A stretch of 64,000 nucleotides of DNA from Mobula hypostoma. Lineage: Eukaryota. This document shows, piece by piece, positions 13,136 through 27,286 of this stretch. Where the stretch lies: contig NC_086097.1 in the NCBI RefSeq assembly GCF_963921235.1, positions 187,490,001 through 187,554,000 of the forward strand. Direction: 5' to 3'. The notes under the pieces were generated by a model. That model did no database searches. It saw only the letters and a program-made list of their open reading frames with translations, and was not told where the DNA came from. The position numbers and the translations under genes are program-made. The number at the start of each line of letters is the position of its first letter. Position 1 is the stretch's first letter.

Positions 13136-14094
13136 TCTCTAGTAGGTCCTTGCCTTTCCAAATGCAATTAAGTCCTGTTCATAAGAATTTTCTCGATCAA
13201 GTTCCCTATCCCTGATGTAGGTTCACTAAAATATTGTTTGCTAGGTTATCTCTAAGGCCCTGCTTTAATAAATGCAGCAACACTATTCTCTAGGCTCCTG
13301 GAATGTTGTGTGTAGCTAATGAGGATATAAAGGTCTCGATCAGTGCCCTCGAAATGTCCCACTATGCTTTATTCACTATCTTCAAGTAGATCCCGCTAGG
13401 CCTTAATATTTTTTTCCAAAACCTTTTCTTTCATGACATCAACATGCCCAAGAATTTCGACACACACCTCCCTGATCTCTCTATCATTCTTTATAGTGCC
13501 TTCTGGCTCCGCAGATGATGGCTGTCCTGCTAGGTATTTCAAACTCTCTATCTCAATTTTTGACAACTGGTGTGTTCCGTTTCTCACAAATTATTTTTTG
13601 CACTTCTCACACCTTCATTCATCACTTTCCATTACGCCTTCCCGGACAGTTAATGTGTGGCAAGCAAGCCTTTAAATTCAAGTTCAATTCAAGCTCAAGA
13701 TCTAATTATCATTCAACCATACATGAATGTAACCAAACGGAACAGTGTTCCTCCAGCTTGTTGAGCATTTCCAGGATACTCGAGAGGGGTTTTTCAGATT
13801 TCCAGTACAGTATCTGCATTTCTTTCTTTGCTTTTCAAATGCACTGTACTCTGCAATTTTAAGGCAGGTTCCAGTATAGTGAGTTCAAGTTCAAATTCAG
13901 GTTTGTCATTCAACCATACGTGAATACCCATGAATACGGCCAAACTAAACAGCATTCCCCCAGAGCCAAGGTGAAAAGCACAGCACCAACAGTCATACAC
14001 AGCACAAGCCATTTATAGCACACATAAGATAGCAATAAACATATAGTCACACAAAAAAAAGATATAATCCAAGTCCCAGAGTCCATGGAATCTA

Positions 14095-14315
14095 TGGAAT
14101 TTGTTGCCATGGGCAGCAGTGGAGGCGAAGTCATTGGGTGTATTTAAGGCAGAGATTGATAAGTATCTGAGTAGCCAGGGCATCAAAGGTTATGGTGAGA
14201 AGGCAGGGGAATGAGACTAAATGGGAGAATGGATCAGCTCATGATAAAATGGCGGAGCAGACTCGATGGGCCGAATGGCCGACTTCTGCTCCTTTGTCTT
14301 ATGGTCTTATGGTCC
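14095..14315 (+). mobile_element. CR1 3' end (same family as the 2265 copy) inserted in an older minus-strand repeat
   Basis: Closely matches the reverse complement of 2265-2490; ends gtcttatggtcttatggtc. Confidence 0.85.
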
Positions 14316-14869
14316 ATGGATGTAGCTGGCAAGAGCAAGCCTGCTGTAGTCTGCAGATGAACATAATCCAGTTTGTCTTCCATTGAACAAACCCTGGAGA
14401 ACAGCACCAATAAAGGCATGGTCACCACACCACACCTGTGTGACCTCTCCAGGGTGGCTTCAACAGGCGACACCATGGCATAAGGCCTAGTCTGTGCTAA
14501 ACTGAGACTATGAAGCTCCCCCTTCATCGGTCCTGCTAATAAACCAGTGAATCGGACTCGCAACGTTCCACATTACCAGTATTGAACAGGGACCAGAAAA
14601 ATGTCGAAGACAATCACTTGTTGTTAGACTGACCCAGATGCCTCTCTGTAGCAGGCAGCAACAAGTCCAGCTCCTTCAGCTCCTCCACCAAAGAGCAATT
14701 CATTAATGTGGTAGACCTGCACAACCTCAAGTTCTTAATGTCCAGCAGTGCTTTGTGATCATAAAAAAGCCATTTAAAAAAGAAAAATACACCTTTGATG
14801 GGCCCCAAAGAGGCCACTGTGTTCAAGTACATTGCCATCTTACTGGAAGATAAGATGGTTCTTGTACAC

Positions 14870-16320
14870 CTCTATCATGTCTATTATGTCTCCTCTCATC
14901 CTCCTTCTCTCCAAAGAGTAAAGCCCTAGCTCCCTTAATCTCTGATCATAATGCATACTCTCTAAACCAGGCAGCATCCTGGTAAATCTCCTCTGTACCC
15001 TTTCCAATGCTTCCACATTCTTCCCATAGTGAGGCGACTAGAACTGGACACAGTACTCTAAGTGTGGCCTAGCCAGAGTTTTATAGAGCTGCATCATTAC
15101 ATCGCGACTCTTAAACTCTATCCCTCGACTTATGAAAGCTAACACCCCATAAGCTTTCTTAACTACCCTATCTACCTGCGAGGCAACTTTCAGGGATCTG
15201 TGGATATGTACCCCCAGATCCCTCTGCTCCTCCACACTACCAAGTATCTTGCCATTTACTTTGTACTGTGCCTTGGAGTTTGTCCTTCCAAAGTGTACCA
15301 CCTCACACTTCTCTGGGTTGAACTCCATCTGCCACTTCTCAGCCCACTTCTGCATGCTATCAATGTCTCTCTGCAATCTTCGACAATCCTCTACACTATC
15401 TACAACACCACCGACCTTTGTGTCATCTGCAAACTTGCCAACCCACCCTTCTAAAACCACATCCAGGTGGTTAATAAAAATCATGAAAAGTAGAGGTCCC
15501 AGAACAGACCCTTGTGGGACACCACTAGTCACAATCCTCCAATCTGAATGTACTCCCTCCACTACGACCCTCTGCCTTCTGCAGGCAAGCCAATTCTGAA
15601 TCCACCTGGCCAAACTTCCCTGGATCCCATGCCTTCTGACTTTCTGAATAAGCCTACCGTGTGGAACCTTGTCAAATGCCTTACTAAAATCCAGATAGAT
15701 CACATCCACTGCACTACCCTCATCCATATGCCTTGTCACCTCCTCAAAGAACTCTATCAGGCTTGTTAGACACGATCTGCCCTTCAGAAAGCCATGCTGA
15801 CTGTCTCTGATCAGACCATGATTCTCTAAATGCCCATAGATCCTATCTCTAAGAATCTTTTCCAACAGCTTTCCCACCACAGACGTAAGGCTCACTGGTC
15901 TATAATTACCCGGACTATCCCTACTACCTTTTTTGAACAAGGGGACAACATTCGCCTCCCTCCAATCCTCCAGTACCACTCTCGTGGACAACGAGGACAT
16001 AAAGATCCTAGCCAGAGGCTCGGCAATCTCTTTCCTCGCCTCGTGGAGCAGCCTGGGGAATATTCCGTCAGGCCCCGAGGACTTATCCGTCCTAATGTAT
16101 TTAAACAACTCCAACACCTCCTCTCCCTTGATATCAACATGCTCCAGAACATCAACCTCACTCATATTGTCCTCACCATCATCAAGTTCCCTCTCATTGG
16201 TGAATACCCCTCTCATTGAGGACCTCGCTCACTTCCACAGCCTCCAGGCACATCTTCCCACCTTTATCTCTAATCGGTCCTACCTTCACTCCTGTCATCC
16301 TTTTGTTCTTCACATAATTG
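14870..16320 (-). mobile_element. CR1 RT fragment
   Basis: 392-aa ORF 15038-16216 with YLDFSKAFD, GVPQGS and FADDTK. Confidence 0.92.
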
Positions 16321-16491
16321 AAGAATTGAATAAATGGTTCATTCCATTATGTCTGGTTCTCAGAAGAAAATGCATGAAATTAACTCAATATTAATATCTT
16401 TGACCAGTATCCCCTGTGTCTGACAAATGTTTTTCAATTTATTACAATTTTATGACTTAATTAACAATAAAGGTATTCTCTATAAAAGTAT

Positions 16492-19121
16492 TTAGAAACA
16501 TAGAAACATAGAAAATAGGTGGAGTAGGCCATTCGGCCCTTCGAGCCTGCACCGCCATTCAGTATGATCATGGCTGATCGTCCAACTCAGAACCCTGTAC
16601 CAGCCTTCCCCCCATACCCCCTGATCCCTTTAGCCACAAGGGCCATATCTAACTCCCTCTTAAATATAGCCAATGAACTGGCCTCAATTGTTGCCTGTGG
16701 CAGAGAATTCCACAGATTCACCACTTTCTGTGTGAAGAAGTTTTTCCTCATCTCGATCCTAAAAGGCTTCCCCTTTATCCTCAAACTGTGACCCCTCGTT
16801 CGGGACTTCCCCAACATCGGGAACAATCTTCCTGCATCGAGCCTGGCCAATCCCTTTAGAACTTTATACGTTTCAATAAGATCCCCCCTCAGTCTTCTAA
16901 ATTCCAGAGAGTATAAGCCTAGTCGATCCAGTCTTTCATCATATGAAAGTCCTGCCATCCCAGGAATCAATCTGGTGAAACTTGTTTGTACTCCCTCTAT
17001 GACGAGAATGTTTTTCCTCAGATTAGGAGACCAAAACTGCACACAATACTCCAGGGGTGGTCTCACCAAGGCCTTGTACAACTGCAGTAGTACCTCCCTG
17101 CTCCTGTACTTGAATCCTCTTGCTATGAATGACAGCATACCATTCGTCTTTTTCACCGCCTGCTGTACCTGCATGCCCACTTTCAATGACTGATGTACAA
17201 TGACACCCAGGTCTCGTTGCACTTCCCCTTTTCCTAATCGGCCACCATTCAGGTAATAATCTGTTTTCCTGTTCTTGCCACCAAAGTGGATAACCTCACA
17301 TTTATCCACATTAAATTGCATCTGCCATGAATTTGCCCACTCACCTAACCTATCCAAGTCACCCTGCGTCCTCTTAGCATCCTCCTCACAGCTAACACTG
17401 CCGCCCAGCTTCGTGTCATTCGCAAACTTGGAGAAGCAGCATTTAATTCCCTCATCTAAGTCGTTAATATATATTGTAAACAACTGGGGTCCCAGCATTG
17501 AGCCCTGCGGTACCCCACTAGTCACTGCCTGCCATTCTGAAAAGGTCCCATTTATTCCCACCCTTTGCTTCCCGTCTGTCAACCAATTCTCTATCCACAT
17601 CAATACCTTACCCCCAATACCGTGTGCTTTAAGTTTGGACACTAATCTCCGGTGTGAGACTTTGTCAAAAGCCTTTTGAAAATCCTAATACACCAGATCC
17701 ACTGGTTCTCCCCTATCCACTCTACTAGTTACATCCTCAAAAAATTCTGAGATTCGTCAGACATGATTTTCCTTTCACAAATCCATGCTGACTTTGTCCG
17801 ATGATTTCACCGCTTTCCAAATGTACTGTAATAACATCTTTGATAACTGACTCTAGCATTTTCCCCACCACCGATGTCAGGCTTACCGGTCTGTAATTCC
17901 CTGGTTTCTCTCTCCCTCCTTTTTTAAAAAGTGGGGTTACATTAGCCACACTCCAATCCTCAGGATCTAATCCAGAATCTAAAGCGTTTTGAAAAATTAT
18001 CACTAATGCATCCACTATTTCTTGGGTTACTTCCTTAAGCACTCTGGGATGCAGACCATCTGGCCCTGGGGATTTATCTGCCTTTAATCCTTTCAATTTA
18101 CCTAACACCACTTCCCTACTAACATGTATTTCTCTCAGTTCCTCCATCTCACTAGACCCTCGGTCCCCTACTATTTCTGGAAGATTATTTATGTCCTCCT
18201 TAGTGAAGATAGAACCAAAGTAGTTATTCAATTGGTCTGCCATGCCCTTGTTCCCCATGATCAATTCACCTGTTTCTGACTGTAAGGGACCTACATTTGT
18301 CTTAACCAATCTTTTTCTTTTCACATATCTATAAAAGCTTTTACAGTCAGTTTTTACGTTCCCTGCCAGTTTTCTCTCATAATCTTTTTTTCCCCTTCCT
18401 AATTAAGCCCTTCGTCCTCCCCTGCTGGACTCTGAATTTCTCCCAGTCCCCAGGTCAGCCACTTTTTCTGGCTAATTTGTATGTTTCTTCTTTGGAATTG
18501 ATACTATCCCTAACTTTCCTTGTCAGCCACGGGTGCACTACCTTCCCTGGTTTATTCTTTTGCCAAACTGGGATGAACAATTGTTGTAGTTCATCCATGC
18601 GATCTTTAAATGCTTGCCATTGCATATCCACCATCAACCCTTTAAGTATCATTTGCCAGTCTATCTTAGCTGATTCACGTCTCATACCTTCAAAGTTACC
18701 CTTCTTTAAGTTCAGAACCTTTGTTACTGAATTAACTATATCACTCTCCATCTTAATGAAGAATTCCACCATATTATGGTCACTCTTACCCAAGGGGCCT
18801 CGCACGACAAGATTGCTAATTAACCCTTCCTCATTGCTCAATACTCAATCTGGAATAGCCTGCTCTCTAGTTGGTTCCTTGACATGTTGGTTCAGAACCC
18901 TATCCCGCATACATTCCAAGAAATCCTCTTCCTCAGCAACCTTACCAATTTGGTTCACCCAATTCTATATGTAGATTGAAGTCACCCATTATAACTGCTG
19001 TTCCTTTATTGCACACATTTCTAATTTCCTGTTTAATGCCATCCATAACCTCACTACTACTGTTAGGTGGCCTGTACACAACTCCCACCAGCGTTTTCTG
19101 CTCCTTAGTGTTATGCAGCTC
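16492..19121 (-). mobile_element. Young CR1 copy, (AGAAACAT)n tail, 5' truncated within the endonuclease
   Basis: ORFs 18455-18841, 17737-18324 and 16587-17642. Confidence 0.93.
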
Positions 19122-19350
19122 TCGTTACATGCACGTGTGGTTCAACTCTTTGAGTGATTATGCAGAAAGTTTGAAATTAATAACTCATCTCCCTCTACCT
19201 TAGGCCACAAACTTATCAATCACCCCTGCTGTGGACCACTTTCTGGAGGTCCAGGATGCCGACTTCTACAAAGAAGGGATCCGTATGCTCCACGACCACT
19301 GGACTAAGTGCATAAATGTAGGAGGGGACTATGTTGAAAAATAAATGTGC
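19110..19350 (+). mobile_element. Mariner-derived fragment: TIR-like segment plus transposase C-terminus
   Basis: 19231-19344 translates VDHFLEVQDADFYKEGIRMLHDHWTKCINVGGDYVEK*, a typical mariner C-terminus; preceded by TIR-like ggccacaaacttatcaatcacccct. Confidence 0.75.
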
Positions 19351-20172
19351 CATGTGGATAAATGTGAAGTTATCCACTTTGGTGGCAAAAATAGGAAACA
19401 GATTATTATCTGAATGGTGGCCGATTAGGAAAAGGGGAGGTGCAACGAGACCTGGGTGTCATTATACACCAGTCATTGAAAGTGGACATGCAGGTACAGC
19501 AGGCGGTGAAAAAGGCAAATGGTATGCTGGCATTTATAGCAAGAGGATTCGAGTACAGGAGCAGGGAGGTACTACTGCAGTTGTACAAGGCCTTGGTGAG
19601 ACCACACTTGGAGTATTGTGTGCAGTTTTGGTCCCCTAATCTGAGGAAAGACATCCTTGCCATAGAGGGAGTACAAAGAAGGTTCACCAGATTGATCCCT
19701 GGGATGGCAGGACTTTCATATGAAGAAAGACTGGATGAACTAGGCTTCTACTCGTTGAAATTTAGAAGATTGAGGGGGGATCTGATTGAAACGTATAAGA
19801 TCCTAAAGGGATTGGACAGGCTGGATGCAGGAAGATTGTTCCCGATGTTGGGGAAGTCCAGAACGAGGGGTCACAGTTTGAGGATAGAGGGGAAGCCTTT
19901 TAGGACCGAGATTAGGAAAAACTTCTTCACACAGAGAGTGGTGAATCTGTGGAATTCTCTGCCACAGGAAACAGTTGAGGCCAGTTCATTGGCTATGTTT
20001 AAGAGGGAGTTAGATATGGCCCTTGTGGCTACAGGGGTCAGGGGGTATGGAGGGAAGGCTGGGGCGGGGTTCTGAGTTGGATGATCAGCCATGATCATAA
20101 TAAATGGCGGTGCAGGCTCGAAGGGCCGAATGGCCTACTCCTGCACCTATTTTCTATGTTTCTATGTTTCTA
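19351..20172 (+). mobile_element. Young CR1 3' fragment (same family as the 16492 copy, opposite orientation)
   Basis: ORF 19440-20075; tail ttttctatgtttctatgtttcta. Confidence 0.93.
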
Positions 20173-23100
20173 CCTTATCACCCTTCGAATATTCATTAGG
20201 ACACTTATTTCTAAAAGCTGGAAGACAAAAGGTAAAAAAGCATTGTGCACTGCAACATAGGTAGAGATTTTTTAAATATTATACATTGCAGTATCTGTAC
20301 TCTCTGAAATAGTTCTGTACATATGTTGAGAATCAACTGATACCAAAATGAACACACTTATCTCAAATAATTAATTTTTATTTCAAGGATCAAAGTATTA
20401 ATGCACAATTTTCTCATCTCATATCAATAAACATATTGCAGTCATCCATGTAATAAAAACAAATACAAGAAGACAATTTGTGCAGAGCAGAGTCCCACAG
20501 GCAGTAAGGATATATGACCATGTAATCTTTAATTAGTCAAGAATGAGAAATAAATATTGAAGAGTATTTGTAGAAATTCATTTACTCAGAGTTCTGATGT
20601 TTACATCAACTTCTTCAAAAATGCTAACTTAGAAGTTTATCTTCAGTCACTTGTGCTAACTGTACAGTGTATTAGCAAAATAGTCTGTTTCTAAAAGTTA
20701 ATTTTGTTAGAATCAAATTTTGGAAATGGAGTATAATACATGGATATTATCATACTCTGCTTATGGATCAAAAATGAAATCATTGTTACCTCAATAATAT
20801 ATTAAACTATTAGTTATAATTATGTGCTCACCTTTCCAAAGGTGAAATCTAGACTACATTATCATTTAATTTTGAGGTAAGATTGGAATTACTGAGAAAA
20901 GAATGTGCAATATTTTTTCATATGTTTTAATTCCCTCATTTTTTTTACAGGAAATGTTGGTAGCATTCTTTTAAAGAACCCTGTGAAATATTCTATAACA
21001 TTCTTTCCTCTCATCATACTGTCTGGAGTTTTCCTTTCTAATGTTGACATTTTGTTTCTTGAATGAAATAAACAATGTTGAATATACTGTACATCAGCAT
21101 TTTCCAAGTTTAAAGGAAAAATCTGACATGATATAGTAGCCTGTGTGTGTTCTATAAGACCATGAGACATAGGAACAGAATTAGCCATTTGGCCATTGAG
21201 TCTGCTCAGCCTTTCAAACCTGGATGATTTATTTTCCATCTCAGCTCCATTCTCCTGCCTTCTTCTCATAACCCCTATTAATCAAGAACCTATTATTGCC
21301 ACACATGGCTGTGGCCTCTCACTAAAGAACAAGACCATTGACATCAATGTAACCAAATCTTGCATAGAGAATTCCATGTGTATAGGTAACTAGATTTCAT
21401 GTTTCACTCAGAAAATTATTTCATCAAGACAGAACCGTGGTTTTCAAGTCTCTTCAGTTATATACCACCTGCAATACAAATTCATCACACTAAGTACTAT
21501 GGTCTAGTATTCTGCCCAGTGATTTGGTTTCTTCTTGTTTGTTTGATTGAATTTAGCTATTTCTGAAATCAAGTTATCTCCAAGTAAAAACATATTTTGA
21601 AATGTATCTTGTAATGTATCATGAAACATCAATCTCCCCATCAAAGCATGGGAAGAGTTTTAAAATCAACCCAATTTTCCTCATCTCCTTTGGTGCTGGA
21701 TGAATACGTTATCATTCGGTACTGGACAACTGCTCAATATGGTGTAAAAATATATGAAAAATAGCATGGCCTACTTTTGTCCTTGGCACAGGCCTGTTGT
21801 CAAAGAACTGGATGGGAAAAATAAAGTATTTAGCAGGGCTCAGGGTATGTGGCTTTTTGAGTTTGATAGTCAGAAGACTTGAAGATCAGTTGCTAACATT
21901 AAATCTTTGATTTTGTTTTAATTATTGGAATCTTTTCTGAAATGCTAATGGACCCCATTTGGTACAAATGGAGTGCTTCATGGGAACCCATGTTTCACCT
22001 TGAACCTGAGATATAAGAGTAAAATTGACACAAGTGGGGTTATACCTTCTTGGCATTATAATGTTACACAGAAAACAAAATGGCAGGGATACTCAACAGA
22101 TCAGAGAACATTTGTGGAAGAAGAAAGCGATCCATTACAAAGGTAGTCAAATGGACGACTACATCCTGATGGGAGTTATATACGGGCCTCCAAACAATAG
22201 CCAGGATGTGGGATATCAATTACAATGGAAGAAAAAAAAAAGGCGTGTAAAAAGTGCAATGTTATGAGAGTGATGGAGGGTTTCACTATGCAGGTAGATT
22301 GAGAAAATTCAGCGGGTACTGGATCCCGAGGGAGACCTTATAGAAAGCCTACAAGATGGCTTTTCAGAGCATCTTGTGGTTGAGCCTACGAGGGGACAGG
22401 CAATTCTGGATTAGGTGTTGTGTAATGAACCAAATTTGATTAGGGAGCTTAAAGTAAAGGAATCCTTCAGAGTCAATGATCATAATAGTGATAGAATTCG
22501 CCCTGCAGTTTGAGAGGGAGAAGATAGAGTTAGATGTATCAGTGTTGCAGTGAAGCCAGCAGAATAGCAGAGGCATAAGAGAGGAACTGGCCAAAGGTCA
22601 CTATCAGGAATGACGACAGAACAATAAGGTCTGAGTTTCTGGGGTAGTTCAGAAGGTGCAGGATAGATACATGCTAAAGGTGAAGAAGTATTCTGAAGGG
22701 AGAATAAAACAACTGTGGCTGACAAGGGAAGTCAAAGACAGCATAAAAGCAAAAGAGAAGGCATATAATATAGCAAAAAAATAGTGGGAAGTTTGAAGAT
22801 TGGAAAGCTTTTAAAAACCAACAGAAGGCAACAAAAAAGCCATAAGGGGAAAAAAGATGAAATATAAAGGCAAGCTAGCCAATAATATAAAAGAGCATAC
22901 CAAAAGCTTTTTCTGATATTTATAAAGGGTAAAAGAGATGTGAGAGTGGATATTACACTGCTGGAAAATAACGTTGGAAAGGTAGAAATGGGGGACAAAG
23001 AAATGGCAGACAAACTAAATCAGTATTTTGTGTCAAACTTTGCTGTGGGAAACACCAGCAGTATGTTAGAAATTTGACAGTGAGAAGAAGCGAGTGTAGT

Positions 23101-23523
23101 TGCTGTACGAAGGAGAAGGTGCTTGGGAAACTGAAGGTAGATTAGTCACCTGGACCGGATGGATTTACACTGTAGGGTTCTGAAAGAGATAGCTGAAGAG
23201 ATTGCAGATATATCAATAATGATTTTTCTAGAATCATTAAATTCTGGAATGGTTCTGGAGGACTGGAAAATTGCAAATGTTACTAAACTGTTTAAGAAGG
23301 GAGATAGGCACAAGAGAGGAAATTATAAGCCAGTTAGCCTGACTTCAGTGGTTGGGAAGATGTTGGAGACCATTATTAAGGATGAGGTTTCAGGGTACTT
23401 GGAGGCACATGATAAAATAGGCCAAAGTCAGCATGGTCTCCTTAAGTGGAAATCTTGCCTGGCAAATCTGTTCAAAGTCTTCGAATAAATAACTGGCAGG
23501 ATAGACAAAGGAGATTCAATAGA

Positions 23524-23656
23524 TAAACAAGAGAAGATCTACAAATGCAGGAAATCCAAAGCAACATGCACAGAATGCTGGAAGAACTCAGCAGGCCTGA
23601 CAGTATCCATGGAAAAGAGTACAGTTGATGCTCCAGGCCAAAACCCTCAGCAAGAC
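23524..23656 (-). mobile_element. Old Penelope terminal-repeat fragment with a decayed hammerhead
   Basis: Homologous to 52983-53125; the CUGANGA and GAAA core positions are mutated. Confidence 0.6.
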
Positions 23657-24304
23657 ACTTCAGAGATCCATTTGATGTTGTTTACTTAAATTTTCAGAAG
23701 GCCTTTGACAAAGTGCCACACATGAAGCTGCTTAACAAGCTCGTGGCATAACAGGAAAGATACTACCATGGATAGAAAATTGGCTGACTAGCAAGAGGGC
23801 TGACAAAGAGTGGGAATAAAAGGGGTCCATTCTGGTTGGCTGCTGTTGACAAGTGGTGTTCCACAGGGGTCAGAATTGAGACAGTTTCTTTTCCCGTAAT
23901 ATGTCAACAATTTGGTTGATGAAATTTATGACTTTGTGGCTACATTTGTAGATGATACAAAGATAGGTGGAGGGGCAGGTAGTGCTAAGGAAGCAGGGCA
24001 TCCACAGAAAGATTTAGTCAGATTGGGAGAATAGACAAAGAAGGAGCAGATAGAATATAGTACAGAGATGTGTATGGCCAAACACTTTGGTTGAAGACTA
24101 TTTCCTAAATGGGGTGAAAATTCAAAATTCAAAGGTGCAAAGGGACATGTGAGTCCTGTGCAAGATTCCTTAGAGGTTAACTTGCAGATTGAGCCAGTGG
24201 TAAGGAAGGCAAATGTAATGTTAGCATTTATTTTCAGAGGTCTAGAATATACATAAGAGCAAGGATGTAATGCTGAGGCTTTATAAGACATTGGTCAGAC
24301 CACA

Positions 24305-25160
24305 TTTACTTTATACTTTATTGTCGCCAAACAATTGATACTACAGCGTACAATCATCACAGTGATATTTGATCCTGCGCTTCACCCTCCCTGGAGTACA
24401 AATCGATAGTAAATAGTAAAAATTTAAATTACAAATCATAAATAGAAAATAGAAAAGGGAAAGTAAGGTAGTGCAAAAAAAAAACCGAGAGGCAGGTCCA
24501 GATATTTGGAGAGTACGGCCCAGATCTGGGTCAGGATCCATTCAGCAGTCTCATCACAGTTGGAAAGAAACTGTTCCCAAATCTGGTCATACAAATCTTC
24601 AAGCTCCTGAGCCTTCTCCCGGAGGGAAGAGGGACAAAAAGTGTGTTGGCTGGGTGGGTTGTGTCCTTGATTATCCTGTCAGCACTGCTCCGACAGTGTG
24701 CGGTGTAAAGTGAGTCCAAGGACGGAAGATTGGTTTGTGTGATGTGCTGCGCCGTGTTCATGATCTTCTGCAGCTTCTTCTGGTCTTGGACAGGACAACT
24801 TTCATACCAGGTTGTGATGCACCCTGGAAGAATGCTTTCTACGGTGCATCTATAAAAATTAGTGAGGGTTTTAGGGGACAGGCCAAATTTCTTTAGCTTT
24901 CTCAGGAAGTAAAGGCGCTGGTGGGCCTTCTTGGTTGGACCAAGTCAGGTCATTTGTGATATTCACCCCGAGGAACTTAAAGCTTTTGAGCTGTTCCACT
25001 TGCGCACCACTGATGTAAATGGGGTCGTGCGATCCGCTACTCCTTCTTAAGTCAATAACCAATTCCTTCGTCTTGCTGACGTTGAGGGATAGGTTATTGT
25101 CTTTGCACCATGCCCCCAGGTTCTTAATTTCCTCTCTGTACTCACTCATCATTACCTGAG
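24305..25160 (-). mobile_element. Rex1/Babar-type LINE 3' fragment
   Basis: [31 protein letters not shown]; same family as 36860-38590. Confidence 0.88.
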
Positions 25161-25710
25161 ATATGGAGTATTGTCAGCAGTTTTGGGCCATTTATCTAAA
25201 AGACGTGTTGACATTGGATAAGGTCCAGAAAAGGTTCACAGGAATGATTCTGGAAATGAAAGGGTTAATATATGAGGAATGTTTGATAGCTCTGTGTCTG
25301 TACATGCCAAAGTCTAGAAGAATAAGAGAATATCTCATTGAAACCTATTGAATATTAAAAGACCTAGATAGTGTGGATGTGAAGAGGATATTTCCTATAG
25401 TGGATGAGTCAAGGATGAGAGGGCACAACCTTAGAATACAAGGACATCTATTTGGAACAGAGATGAGAAGGAATTTCTTTAGCTAGAGGGTGGTAAATCT
25501 GTAGAATTCCTTTTCATGGATGGCCATGGAGGACAAGTTATTGAGTATATTTAAAGCGGAGGTTGGTAGGTTCTTGATTAGTCAAGGTATCAAAAGTTAT
25601 GGGGAGAAGACAGAAGAAAGGGGTTGAGAAGGATAATAATTCAGACATGATGGAATAGTGGAGCAGACTCAATGAGCCAAATGGCCTAATTCTGCTCCTA
25701 TGTCTTATGG

Positions 25711-26980
25711 CAGCAGTCCCCAACCACCGGGCCCGGACCGGTACCGGACCACAAAGCATGTGCGACCGGGCCATGGGCCGCAAGCCATGAGGAAACGATA
25801 TGATTTGGCAATATGAAACAATATGAGTCAGCTGCACCTTTCCTCATTCCCTGTCACGCCCTCTGTTGAACTTTAACACACTCGAGGTCATCAGTGACCC
25901 AAGACGTGCAAAGGAATGGGTCCGTGACCCATTTGTGAATGCCCCGGTGAATCATCCATATCAGCGCAGGAAAAAAGATCAATTCCTTGACCTTGCAAAT
26001 GACGGTGGGCTGAAAAGTATGTTTCACATAACATCTCTGCCGGCATTCTGGATCAAAGTCAAGGCTGAATATCCTGAGATAGCCATGAAAGCACTGAAAA
26101 CGTTGTTTCCATTTCCAACATCATATCACTGTGAAGCGGAGTTTTCTGCAATGAATGCAATGAAAACTAAATTGTGGAATAGACTGGACATAAGGAACCC
26201 ACTTCGAGTATCGTTGTCTCCCATCACCCTTCGATGGGACCGTTTTGTTGCAGGAAAACTAGCCCAGGGCTCCCACTGACTCAGCGGTATTGGTGTGTTG
26301 CAATGATTTTATATGTTCTTACGAGGAAAATATGTGCTGTGTGTTTAATATCCAAACGTTACTTAAAATGTTATGATGCTATTGACTTATAAGTGACTTA
26401 TAATTCAGCTGTCCCCAACCTCCGGGCTGCGAAGAACACAGCGTACAGCAGTGGCCAGAATGTACCCAGCACATCTTTAAGAAAAAAAAGCCAAAATAAA
26501 CAAGCTAATTAATTAGGCGCCGCTCAGCATGTAAATGTCAGCTCAGATCAGAGGCGATTGCCGATTGCGTCACCTTTGATCTGGGCCAGCACTTACGTGC
26601 CGGGCAGCACCTAATCAATTAGCTTGTTTATTTTGGCTTTTTTCTTAGAGACGTGCTGGGTGCGTTCTGGCCACCACTGTACCGTTGCATTCTTCACGGA
26701 AATGTATCGGCCTGCGGCCCAGAGGTTTGGGACCACTGTTATAATCGACTTATCACTTTATTCATGCAAGGAAAATATGTGCTGTGTTTAATATTAAATT
26801 CGTTAGATAAACCCCTTTAGAAACAAAATTGAGTGTATTAGCCACTTATAAGTGACTTATCACCTATATTCCGGTCATGATTAACACCCACCCCGCCCAC
26901 CCACCCCCTGGTCGGCCGGTCCGCAAGAATATTGTCAATATTAAACCGGTCCACAGTGCAAAAAAGGTTGGGGGCCCCTG
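25711..26980 (+). mobile_element. hAT (Charlie-like) non-autonomous DNA transposon
   Basis: TIRs cagcagtccccaacc / ggttgggggcccctg; perfect 8-bp TSD tcttatgg (25703-25710 / 26981-26988); ORF 25866-26279 is a hAT C-terminal dimerisation region (FWIKVKAEYPEIAMKALKTLFPFPTSYHCEAEFS). Confidence 0.92.
26406..26738. mobile_element. Fold-back hAT MITE nested in the hAT element
   Basis: cagctgtccccaacc...ggtttgggaccactg ends; 8-bp TSD ttataatt/ttataatc; arms inverted over most of the length. Confidence 0.85.
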
Positions 26981-27286
26981 TCTTATGGAAGTTTGAACTC
27001 ATATTTATTCAGCCCACAGGAATGATTCGGACTTCCTGGTGCCTGTCGCCTTAATTCTTCATGCAGTTGCTGCTCTAACTTTGTCTTTTCCCTGCTACAC
27101 TCTTCCAATGAAGCCTGTTGCAAGCTCTAGTAACAACTCCTCATCTACAATCTATGTTACAGTCCCTGGCACTCAGGACTGGATTTGGCAATTCAAGAAA
27201 CCAGCCTTTTCTCTGTGTTAGAACTGACCAGTTCTAATGTTAAGTTATTGACCTATTTTTCTCTCCACAGTGGCAAGGTGATACGT

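Larger units (their letters stand above)
22150..25710 (+). mobile_element. Decayed CR1 (endonuclease and RT) with nested insertions
   Basis: IYGPPN; NYKPVSLTSVVGK (23159-23488); C-terminal part 25163-25351; tail ...cctatgtcttatgg. Confidence 0.85.

Noticed and set aside
20832..21066. Candidate exons with good-looking splice sites (60-nt minus-strand exon; plus-strand hydrophobic terminal exon from 20951)
   Set aside because: The minus candidate has stops in all three frames; the plus candidate has no compatible upstream exon or recognisable protein
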